A stretch of DNA of 64,000 nucleotides from Eubacteriales bacterium (GTDB lineage: Bacteria > Bacillota > Clostridia > Oscillospirales > CAG-272), in NCBI GenBank assembly GCA_045612185.1, contig JAZKYO010000030.1:18506-82505 (forward strand), read 5' to 3'. The notes below the pieces were generated by a model. The model was not told the origin of the DNA and made no database searches. It was given only the letters and a program-made list of their open reading frames with translations. Both the position numbers and the translations under genes were made by a program. Below, piece by piece: positions 1 to 8,246 of this stretch. Positions within the stretch are counted from its first letter, which is position 1, and each line of letters opens with the position of its first letter.

Positions 1-2346
1 GATAATGATGCTGCGGCATCTAACAAATACCTTGTTGATGACCTTACTGTAGTTGAGGTTGTTGACGGTGTTCCCGTTGGAGACGCGGTGTTCGGCTCGC
101 GTGAAGCTGAGTCCGACGATATTCGCTTTGTAAGCGCACTCAATGATAATATTACAATTATCAAGACCACTGCTTCAAGCGCATCTGTGGGTGACGTTAT
201 CAGCATTTCCGACGGAGCAGAGACACACTCTATACTCCGCGCTGAAAACGGCAAGCTTATGTTTGGTGATACAGTTCTTTGCGGTGAATACGGTGAAGAT
301 ATTCTCCTTACCGAAACACCCGTAAAGGTAGTCGCTATTTACGACGACGTAAAGGGCACCGTGCGCTTTGCGGTTGGTGATTACCTTGCTTATTACAAGG
401 ACGGAGAAGGAAAAGTCCACGCAACCTTTGAGCACCTTGTAATAGACGGCGGTGTCAGCGACAAGGCTTCCTTTGGCACAAAGGGAATGACCGCCTCCAA
501 GCTTAAGAACACCACCTCCGAAATTCTTGGCTTCCAGACACACTTCATTGACAAATCCGTGAGATTCATCTCGGGTGTTGATACCATTTACTACAACGAA
601 ATCGGTTTCAAGCTTGAGACAGCAAGCACTACCAAAAACGTTGGTTCAACGGTAGTATATTCGTCAGTTGTGGGTGACGACAAGGACATTTATGCTCATG
701 AATACGGCTATAACCTTATGTCGGCTATCTCCATAACCGATGTTAAGGATGGCGGTGTTATAAAGGTTACACCTTTCCTCAGAGTAGGTAAAAATTATAT
801 CTACGGAGAAGGAGTATATTACAAGATAATGGTTGACAGTAAAATTACTATTACCGAAACGGATGCAAGCGAATTCGGCGCCGAAACAAACGCCGACCTT
901 GCTTCGGTAACAATTGACGGAGAACCTATTGTTGGGTTCTCCGCCGACGTGACCGAATATAACGTTCCCGCGTCAAACCTTAACGCAATGAATATCGCTG
1001 CAACCACGGCAAGACCAGAGGCAACATTTTCGATTGAGCAAAACGGAAATGTGGCTACAATCACTGTAACGGCATTTAACGGCAAGACACAAAAGACCTA
1101 TACCTTTATCGCTTATGAAAAGGTAGAAACCGCTGTTGTAAACAAAAACGGGGCAAACGCTATAGTTACCTACGTTTTTGACGACGGTAGCAGAAGCTCG
1201 GCTACTATAGTGACAGAGCTTGCGGATAAATACCCCTCGTTTACCGGAAGCTTTGCTCTTATTACCAACAAGCTTGCAACTTTAAGCACGATAGAGGGAG
1301 ACCCGAATGACGGTCTTCTTGAATACGAGTTCGACGAAAACGGAGATTACGTATATACAAAGGACGAAACCGTTTGGAATTATTGGGCAAACTTGTTTAA
1401 CAAATACGGTGACAGAGGTCTTGAGGGTGTAAACCATACCCACACTCATAAGTATATAGGTGAAAATGATAACGGCGGAGCTTTTGAGTACAGAAGTACC
1501 GCGGGTAACGTTTATACTTCGGATGTATTCCCCATAGGAAACGTTCGCAAGGAGTATTATGCCTCAAATCAGATTCTCCGCGAGCTTGGTCAGCGTGCGC
1601 TTGTAATGGTAGGCGCGGGACTTACCGCGGATGACGGAAATATGATAGACTATACCGACAACTACAAAGCGCTTCCCATGACATCGGGCGCGTTTATTGG
1701 AAAGAGAAAAACAGTAAATTCTCCCACCAAGCCCGCGGATATGGTCAACCTTGCCACAGAGTTTTTGAGCGATGATAACCGTTTCAACATAAAGGCATAC
1801 ATGATTCAGCATTACGCTACATCGGCAACCGCTCCCAAGAACACAAGCGCCGAAGGCTACAGCAAGCAGGCTTGCCTTGACGCAGGTATCACCTATTGGA
1901 CAGACTATATCGACAAGGCAGTTGAAATGGGTGAATGGGCAGCATTCTGCTTCCATAACGTAGTGAGAGACACACATACGGGAACAGGCGGACACTTTGT
2001 ATTTGAAACTCAGGCAGACGCTATGTTCAAGTACACAGACGATCTTTCCAAAGAAAACAAGGTATGGGTGGCAAACTTTACCGATGCTTGTCTTTATATG
2101 TTCGAACGTTCTACCGCTGAGGTTGGCGCATATATCGACACCAACGGAGACGTAGTTGTCTCGCTTAACGACAAGGAAGATGACGAAATATTCACAATGC
2201 CCCTCACAGTAAAGGTGGCACTTCCCACAGGCAAAAGCGGTGCAACGCTTAACGGCAATGCCCTTCCCTCCTTTGTGGAGAACGAGGTTACATACGTTTA
2301 CGTAGACATTGTCCCCGGAAACATCGCAACACTCTCAGTTGAATAA
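1..2346 (+). CDS. secreted multidomain protein, 5'-truncated by the window edge; cadherin-like beta-sandwich plus NodB-type polysaccharide deacetylase domain
   Basis: Frame 1 is open from nt 1 with no stop before the first Met at 88, so the gene starts upstream. 'LASVTIDGEPIVGFSADVTEYNV' resembles cadherin-like beta-sandwich repeats. 'VTYVFDDGSRSS' and 'VNHTHTHKY' fit NodB motif 1 (TFDDG) and motif 2 (H-S/T-x-x-H). A hairpin terminator follows. Confidence 0.6.
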   Translation, partial: DNDAAASNKYLVDDLTVVEVVDGVPVGDAVFGSREAESDDIRFVSALNDNITIIKTTASSASVGDVISISDGAETHSILRAENGKLMFGDTVLCGEYGEDILLTETPVKVVAIYDDVKGTVRFAVGDYLAYYKDGEGKVHATFEHLVIDGGVSDKASFGTKGMTASKLKNTTSEILGFQTHFIDKSVRFISGVDTIYYNEIGFKLETASTTKNVGSTVVYSSVVGDDKDIYAHEYGYNLMSAISITDVKDGGVIKVTPFLRVGKNYIYGEGVYYKIMVDSKITITETDASEFGAETNADLASVTIDGEPIVGFSADVTEYNVPASNLNAMNIAATTARPEATFSIEQNGNVATITVTAFNGKTQKTYTFIAYEKVETAVVNKNGANAIVTYVFDDGSRSSATIVTELADKYPSFTGSFALITNKLATLSTIEGDPNDGLLEYEFDENGDYVYTKDETVWNYWANLFNKYGDRGLEGVNHTHTHKYIGENDNGGAFEYRSTAGNVYTSDVFPIGNVRKEYYASNQILRELGQRALVMVGAGLTADDGNMIDYTDNYKALPMTSGAFIGKRKTVNSPTKPADMVNLATEFLSDDNRFNIKAYMIQHYATSATAPKNTSAEGYSKQACLDAGITYWTDYIDKAVEMGEWAAFCFHNVVRDTHTGTGGHFVFETQADAMFKYTDDLSKENKVWVANFTDACLYMFERSTAEVGAYIDTNGDVVVSLNDKEDDEIFTMPLTVKVALPTGKSGATLNGNALPSFVENEVTYVYVDIVPGNIATLSVE

Positions 2347-2357
2347 TTAAATTAAGT

Positions 2358-2390
2358 AAAGGGTTGGTTCAAAAGAACCAACCCTTTCAA
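2358..2390 (+). terminator. hairpin terminator after the deacetylase-domain gene
   Basis: aaagggttggttc-aaaa-gaaccaacccttt, a 13-bp stem. Confidence 0.7.
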
Positions 2391-2651
2391 TCTGTTGATA
2401 TTCAGTCATACCGACGGGTTTATTAAAGAATATTGAAAGAATTATCAATTTTTGAAAAATATTCTTTAAAATTTTCAAAAAACTATTTTCAAAATCCGAT
2501 TTTGATGTTATACTATATGTTGAATGTCATCATTCTGCTCAATAAGGAAACTTTTACCTTAACATTCACATTACCGTCACAGCGCTTTACGGTTGACGGT
2601 ATAAAATTATAATGACTTAAATTAAAAACGTTAAGAAAGGAATAATAAATT

Positions 2652-3344
2652 ATGATCGACACAAAAATTCTTATCGTGGACGACGACGCCGCTATTTGCG
2701 ACATGCTCAAAATCTATTTTGAAAAAGAAGGCTACGACGTAAAGATTGCCACGGACGGTGTTGAGGGCATCAATTTCTTTAAGATGTACGATCCCGACCT
2801 CGTGTTGCTTGACATTATGCTTCCCAAAAAAGACGGCTGGCAGGTGTGCAGAGAGATTCGCGAAACATCCTCTAAGCCTGTTATTATGATAACCGCCAAG
2901 GGAGAGGTGTTTGATAAGGTTCTCGGGCTTGAGCTTGGTGCTGATGATTTTGTGGTCAAGCCTTTTGATCTCAAAGAGCTTTCGGCACGTGTAAAGGCTG
3001 TGCTCCGCCGCTATCAGGCTCACACCAACCCCAATGAGGACGAGGTTGTCAAGTTTGACAACATAGAAATCAGCCTGCAAAAATATGAGCTTAAGCTTGC
3101 GGGTAAGTCGGTTGACATTCCCCCCAAGGAGCTTGAGCTTCTCTACTTCCTTGCTTCCAACTACAACCGCGTATTCACCCGCGACCAGCTTCTTGACAAG
3201 GTTTGGGGCTTTGATTATCTCGGTGACTCCCGTACAGTTGACGTTCACGTAAAGCGTTTAAGAGAAAAGCTTGAGGGCGTTTCCGACAAGTGGCTCCTCC
3301 AAACTGTCTGGGGTGTTGGTTACAAGTTCAAGATTGAAAACTGA
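2652..3344 (+). CDS. OmpR/PhoB-family response regulator (receiver plus winged-helix)
   Basis: The receiver domain is 'KILIVDDD...DLVLLDIMLPKKDGW'. The C-terminal winged helix is 'RVFTRDQLLDKVWG...RTVDVHVKRLREKL...TVWGVGYKF'. An AGGAA-type RBS lies upstream, and the kinase gene follows 12 nt later. Confidence 0.92.
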   Translation: MIDTKILIVDDDAAICDMLKIYFEKEGYDVKIATDGVEGINFFKMYDPDLVLLDIMLPKKDGWQVCREIRETSSKPVIMITAKGEVFDKVLGLELGADDFVVKPFDLKELSARVKAVLRRYQAHTNPNEDEVVKFDNIEISLQKYELKLAGKSVDIPPKELELLYFLASNYNRVFTRDQLLDKVWGFDYLGDSRTVDVHVKRLREKLEGVSDKWLLQTVWGVGYKFKIEN

Positions 3345-3356
3345 TAGATTATCTTT

Positions 3357-4835
3357 ATGTCCAAAAGTATTTTTGCTAAATACATTATCACCTTTGTCAT
3401 TATCATATTAGTAATATTTTTTATGATGATGTCAATCATTGTCGCGCTTATCAACAACTACTCGCTCTCAATGCAGTCGGAAATTGCCAAAAGTGCGGCA
3501 AAATCAGCGGAATCGTATATTGAATTGCGATATGAGTATTCAGAAAAAAACAGTTTTTCGGATTTCGTGAAGGATTACAACGTTGACATTGCGCAAATAG
3601 TAACCTCTGTTGCCGAAAACTGTGACGGAGTATCGCTTATTCTCGCCGATGAGAACGGAAGGATGATGCTATACGCCACGAATGAGGAATTCGGTTGGTT
3701 TGAAAGCGAGCAATATCTTCCCGCTGAGTCTTTGGAGGAACTGAGGAAGGACAACGGTGTACAAATCTCGGGCGAAATTGCGAGTATGTTTGACGTTTCG
3801 CATATTTCTTACGTTGTTCCCGTGGTCTCCGACGGAGTGCTTAGAGGCAGTGTTATTGCGGTTTCGTCGGACAACTCTATCGTAACGCTTATAGACACCA
3901 TGGTAAACGCCATAGTGGTTTCATCACTTTGGATTATGTTAGCGGCGCTTATCGCGGTTTATTTTATCACCGAAATGATTACAGGACCGTTACGCCAGAT
4001 GAGCCGTGCGGCTAAAAAAATGGCAATAGGAAAGTTTGACACGCGCATTCCCGTAAGAGGAAAGGACGAGGTTGCTGAGCTTGCCTCGTCATTCAATCAC
4101 ATGGCTGAATCGCTTGAGAATCTTGAAACTATGCGTAACACCTTTATGGCAAACGTATCACACGATCTCCGCACTCCTATGACCACTATTTCGGGATTTA
4201 TTGACAATATTCTGGTCGGTGCTATTCCTCCGGAAGAACAGCCGTATTATCTTGGAGTAATAAAGGAAGAGGTAAGGCGACTTTCAAGGCTTGTGTCTTC
4301 CCTGCTCGATATTTCAAGGCTTCAGGCAGGAGACAGAAAGCTTACGATGTCAAGCTTTGATATCTGCGAAACCGCAAGACTTATACTTATTTCCTTTGAG
4401 CAAACTATCGATGAGAAAAAGCTTGACGTGGATTTTATTTGTAACGAAGAACGAATTTTCGTTACGGCGGACAGAGACGCTATTTATCAGGTGCTTTACA
4501 ATATATGCGACAACGCAGTTAAGTTCTCGCGTGTTGGCGGCAAATACCGCATAAAAATAGAGCGTATTGAAGAAAGCAAGCACAAAAAAGCAGAAATCAG
4601 CGTTTACAATCAGGGCGAGGGTATCTCGGAGGAGGATCTTCCCTACGTATTCGAGCGTTTTTACAAGGCAGACAAAAGCCGCGGTATAGACAAACGCGGT
4701 GTGGGCTTGGGAATGTTTATTTCCAAAACCATCATTGATGCTCACGGCGAGGAAATTCGCGTGCAAAGCAAGAAAAACGAGTACTGCGAATTTACATTTA
4801 CCCTGACTTGCGACGAAAGCAAGAACGCTGAATAA
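3357..4835 (+). CDS. membrane sensor histidine kinase (2 TM, HAMP, HisKA, HATPase_c)
   Basis: It has an N-terminal TM segment, a ~150-aa extracytoplasmic region and a second TM. The HAMP region is 'LRQMSRAAKKMAIGKFDTRIPVRGKDEVAELASSFNHM'. The H-box is 'SHDLRTPMTTISGF', the N-box 'CDNAVKF' and the G-boxes 'NQGEGI' and 'GVGLGM'. Confidence 0.92.
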   Translation: MSKSIFAKYIITFVIIILVIFFMMMSIIVALINNYSLSMQSEIAKSAAKSAESYIELRYEYSEKNSFSDFVKDYNVDIAQIVTSVAENCDGVSLILADENGRMMLYATNEEFGWFESEQYLPAESLEELRKDNGVQISGEIASMFDVSHISYVVPVVSDGVLRGSVIAVSSDNSIVTLIDTMVNAIVVSSLWIMLAALIAVYFITEMITGPLRQMSRAAKKMAIGKFDTRIPVRGKDEVAELASSFNHMAESLENLETMRNTFMANVSHDLRTPMTTISGFIDNILVGAIPPEEQPYYLGVIKEEVRRLSRLVSSLLDISRLQAGDRKLTMSSFDICETARLILISFEQTIDEKKLDVDFICNEERIFVTADRDAIYQVLYNICDNAVKFSRVGGKYRIKIERIEESKHKKAEISVYNQGEGISEEDLPYVFERFYKADKSRGIDKRGVGLGMFISKTIIDAHGEEIRVQSKKNEYCEFTFTLTCDESKNAE

Positions 4836-4882
4836 ACCACCGAATCATTTACGGTTAAGTATATTTGAGGTAACTATTAACT

Positions 4883-6553
4883 ATGGAAGAAAAAAACATT
4901 AACGAAACAAACGTCACGCCTTCCGAAGAAGGTGCTGACACACCGCAGGCTGACATAAACAGCGAAAGCAAGGAAGTAGTTCAGGAACAGAACGCCGCAA
5001 ACGAAGAAACCTCCGCCGAAACCGATATCGACGTTGAAACGGATGTAACAACTGACGGTGACACAGTTATTGAGGAATCTATCCCCGCTGAAGTTGAAAC
5101 GGCAACCGAGGAAGAAAAAGCTGTTGAGGAGTCCGAAGAGCTTGAGCCAATCAAAGAGATTGAGGATATTGAGGAAAGCGAAAAAGCTGATTCAACTGAA
5201 GAAATCGAAGAAAAGCAGAGCGACGTGCTTGAGCCTGTTACGGTAGTCAAAGCAGAGCCCACGGCATACGCTTTTCGCTGGGACTACAACGAGCAAAGAC
5301 TGCACGATGACAGCATCAAAACCAAGAGCGTCCCAGCTCGCGGAGTTACAACCTACGTTTTAATTCTTACGGTTACGTTTATTCTCGCGATAGCGGTGCT
5401 TCTTGGCGCGATATTTATCGGCAACGCACTTTCGAGACCGAGCGCTCCCATGCAATATTCGGACAGCCTTGCGCTTGACGAGCTTTACGAGTACTGCCTT
5501 CCCTCTTACGTAGCAATAAGTGTAGTGAAGAACAGTGGATCTGAGGGGGCAGGCTCAGGTATTATTATCACGGAGGACGGATACATCTGCACAAACTACC
5601 ACGTGGTTGAGAACGCAAAAAAAATCACCGTAGTGATAGAGGGCACACGAAAGCTTGAGGCTGAATATATTGACGGTGACGAAATAAACGATATTGCCGT
5701 AGTCAAGGTTTCCGCCAACAATCTTAAAGCCGCTACCCTTGGAAACTCAAAAAACACAAAAGTCGGGGAGCGTGTTATGGCTATCGGTACTCCGTTCAGC
5801 ATTAATTACGCTGGCTCTATGACAGCAGGTTACGTTTCAGGTGTTGACAGACAGTACGCTATCAAGAACGACAACGGAACAGTAAACAAAATCCTTAAGT
5901 TTATACAGACTGACACAAGCGTAAATCCCGGAAACTCTGGCGGTCCGCTTTTCAACATGAACGGTGAAGTTATTGGAGTTGTAACCTTGAAAATCGCGGC
6001 TACCAATTACGAGGGCATGGGCTTTGCTCTTCCCATTGACGGTGTCAAAAATATGATTTTCGACATTATCGAAAACGGAAAAATAACCGACAGTAACGCG
6101 GGTAGTGCTGTGCGCGGCGCGGCTCTCGGAATCAGCGGACACGAGCTTATCGGAGGTCAAAAATACCTTATAACCTCACAGTACTGCATCAAAGTACAAA
6201 CCGATGACAACGGCGACTATATCGAGTGGTCTACGGGAATCTACAACGAAAAGGTTTACGTGACCGACACCGACACACTTGACGCGCTCGGTCTTGAAGG
6301 AGCTTACCCCTACCTTGCCCCCTGTACCGGTATACTGGTAAAATCCACGAACGAAGGATTTGATTCTCACGAAAAGCTACAAATCAACGACATTATCATA
6401 TCTGCAAACGACGTTGTATGCGATACTATGAGCACCTTGCAAGGGCTTATATTCGACAGCCGAGTCGGCGATATTCTTAAGCTTAAGATTCACAGAGACG
6501 GAATGATTATAAACGTGGAAGTTGAGCTTGGCGTAGCAAATTCAATGGAATAA
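4883..6553 (+). CDS. HtrA/DegP-like trypsin-fold serine protease with acidic N-terminal region, one TM and a C-terminal PDZ-like domain
   Basis: Triad contexts are 'TNYHVVENA', 'NDIAVVKV' and 'GNSGGPLFN'. About 130 aa of E/D/T-rich sequence precede the TM 'TYVLILTVTFILAIAVLLGAIFIG'. It lies directly downstream of the two-component pair. Confidence 0.85.
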   Translation: MEEKNINETNVTPSEEGADTPQADINSESKEVVQEQNAANEETSAETDIDVETDVTTDGDTVIEESIPAEVETATEEEKAVEESEELEPIKEIEDIEESEKADSTEEIEEKQSDVLEPVTVVKAEPTAYAFRWDYNEQRLHDDSIKTKSVPARGVTTYVLILTVTFILAIAVLLGAIFIGNALSRPSAPMQYSDSLALDELYEYCLPSYVAISVVKNSGSEGAGSGIIITEDGYICTNYHVVENAKKITVVIEGTRKLEAEYIDGDEINDIAVVKVSANNLKAATLGNSKNTKVGERVMAIGTPFSINYAGSMTAGYVSGVDRQYAIKNDNGTVNKILKFIQTDTSVNPGNSGGPLFNMNGEVIGVVTLKIAATNYEGMGFALPIDGVKNMIFDIIENGKITDSNAGSAVRGAALGISGHELIGGQKYLITSQYCIKVQTDDNGDYIEWSTGIYNEKVYVTDTDTLDALGLEGAYPYLAPCTGILVKSTNEGFDSHEKLQINDIIISANDVVCDTMSTLQGLIFDSRVGDILKLKIHRDGMIINVEVELGVANSME

Positions 6554-6557
6554 TTAA

Positions 6558-6592
6558 ATAAAGCAGGTCAGCGAATGCCGACCTGCTTTTTA
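6558..6592. terminator. bidirectional terminator between htrA-like gene and sigF
   Basis: The 10-bp stem is aaagcaggtc/gacctgcttt. It is flanked by A-rich sequence on one side and T-rich sequence on the other. Confidence 0.75.
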
Positions 6593-7336
6593 TACTGCCA
6601 ATTCTTCTCTCAAAAAAGCCATTATCTTTTTTTCCTCGCGCGATACCTTGACCTGAGAAAGCCCGAGCTTTTCGGCGGTTTCCTGTTGTGTCATATCTTT
6701 ATAATATCGCAAAAGGATTATCTGCCGCCAGGTTGGCGGCATTTTTGATATTGCCTGGGTAAGTGCTATATGATCCGACATTCTTTCAATCTCGTTGTCT
6801 GTGTCTGCAATACGGCTCTCAAGCGTCATTGTGCTATCGTCAGAGCCAAGAGTTGATGACAGTGACATTACCGGAGAAATGGCGTCAAGGGCGATTGCGG
6901 CATCCTCCGGGCTCACGCCGCATATTTCCGCAAGCTCCTCTATTTTTGGCTCTCTGCCGTCGTCACCGACAATTTTATTACGGGCATTCATAAGCTCCAT
7001 ACCGAGTTTTTTATGATACCTGCTTATTTTTATCAGTCCGTCGTCACGGAGATGACGTCGTATCTCACCAATTATAAGCGGAACGGCATATGTTGAAAAG
7101 GTAGTTTCACGTTCAAGCTCAAAGCTTCTTATGGCTTTTATCATTCCGATTGTGCCAATTTGTATTAAGTCCTCCATATCTACACCTCGGTCCTTAAAAC
7201 GCATTGCGAGACTTCTGACCAGACCTATATTGATAGAAATAAGCTTTGCGGTTGCTTCTTGAGAGGCGCGCTCGTCACCGTTTTGAGCTATACTTATCAG
7301 CTCTCTGTTTCCCGAATATTTTTCACAAGATTGCAT
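6590..7336 (-). CDS. sigF: sporulation sigma factor SigF
   Basis: It has sigma-70 regions 2-4: 'DLIQIGTIGMIKAIRSF', 'FSTYAVPLIIGEIRRHLRDDGLIKISR' and an HTH 'TQQETAEKLGLSQVKVSREEKK'. It is the third gene after spoIIAA and spoIIAB. Confidence 0.85.
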   Translation of the reverse strand: MQSCEKYSGNRELISIAQNGDERASQEATAKLISINIGLVRSLAMRFKDRGVDMEDLIQIGTIGMIKAIRSFELERETTFSTYAVPLIIGEIRRHLRDDGLIKISRYHKKLGMELMNARNKIVGDDGREPKIEELAEICGVSPEDAAIALDAISPVMSLSSTLGSDDSTMTLESRIADTDNEIERMSDHIALTQAISKMPPTWRQIILLRYYKDMTQQETAEKLGLSQVKVSREEKKIMAFLREELAV

Positions 7337-7355
7337 CAGGCTAAACCTTTCGATT

Positions 7356-7805
7356 TTAATTTATATGTATGTTGTTCAGCCTTTTACTCATGGTTACGCT
7401 CGTTCCTTTTCCGACGGTTGACGAAACCGAAAGCTTATCCATAAAGCTTTCCATCACCGTAAACCCCATTCCGCTTCTCTCCCCCTCCGCTTCGGTGGTA
7501 AAAAGCGGTTGGCGGGCTTGCTTTACGTCAGATATTCCACATCCTTTATCCCTTATATTAATTTTTACCAGGCCATCCTCAAATATTTTTACACTTATGT
7601 AGATATTCCCTATTAGATCTTTATAGCCGTGTACTATACAGTTTGTTATCGCCTCCGAAACCGCGCATTTTATATCGGCTATATCTACAGCGGTAGGGTT
7701 CAACTGGGCGCAAAAAGCGGCTATAACCGACCGTGCCACCCCCTCGTTTACCGAAAGCGACGGTATTACCATTTTCATTTCGTTTGTCTGTTTAGCGTTT
7801 TTCAT
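7356..7805 (-). CDS. spoIIAB: anti-sigma F factor (serine kinase) SpoIIAB
   Basis: The GHKL ATPase-like motifs are 'AVSEAITNCIVHGY', 'IRDKGCGI' and 'ERSGMGFTVM'. It overlaps spoIIAA by 14 nt and precedes sigF. Confidence 0.85.
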   Translation of the reverse strand: MKNAKQTNEMKMVIPSLSVNEGVARSVIAAFCAQLNPTAVDIADIKCAVSEAITNCIVHGYKDLIGNIYISVKIFEDGLVKINIRDKGCGISDVKQARQPLFTTEAEGERSGMGFTVMESFMDKLSVSSTVGKGTSVTMSKRLNNIHIN

Positions 7806-8139
7806 TTTTTTCTCCCCCGTTTTTGGTTTTTATCATTCGTTCAAGGCCCGCAAGGCGGCAAATTCTTTTTACGTTTTCATTTGGATTCTTCAGCACTAAC
7901 TCTCCACCAAGCTTTTTTACAAGCGCGTATCTTCCCATTATGAACCCAAGTCCGGAGCTATCCATGAATCCTATTTCCTCAAGGTTGAGAGCTACTTCAG
8001 AGGGCTTATGCTTTTTTATAAGTTCATCGGCTCTCTCTCTTAACCCTACGGCACTATGATGGTCTATTTCCCCCGTAACAATCAATTCAAGTATGCTTCC
8101 GTTAATTTTATAGCTTACAACGGTTTGATTTTTTATCAT
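7792..8139 (-). CDS. spoIIAA: anti-sigma F factor antagonist SpoIIAA (STAS domain)
   Basis: It is a STAS fold with the phosphorylatable Ser context 'FMDSSGLGFI'. It is the first gene of the three-gene operon. Confidence 0.85.
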   Translation of the reverse strand: MIKNQTVVSYKINGSILELIVTGEIDHHSAVGLRERADELIKKHKPSEVALNLEEIGFMDSSGLGFIMGRYALVKKLGGELVLKNPNENVKRICRLAGLERMIKTKNGGEKNEKR

Positions 8140-8203
8140 TGCTTCACATCCTTTTTTATTAATTATATCATATGAAGTTTGAGAAAAATGTCATAGTGTG
8201 ACA

Positions 8204-8238
8204 CAAAAAAAGAGGCGGACGAAAATTTCGTCCGCCTC
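8204..8238 (-). terminator. terminator of the EF-G2-like gene
   Basis: gaggcggacg-aaaattt-cgtccgcctc, followed by U7 on the minus strand. Confidence 0.85.
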
Positions 8239-8246
8239 ACCAAGGC

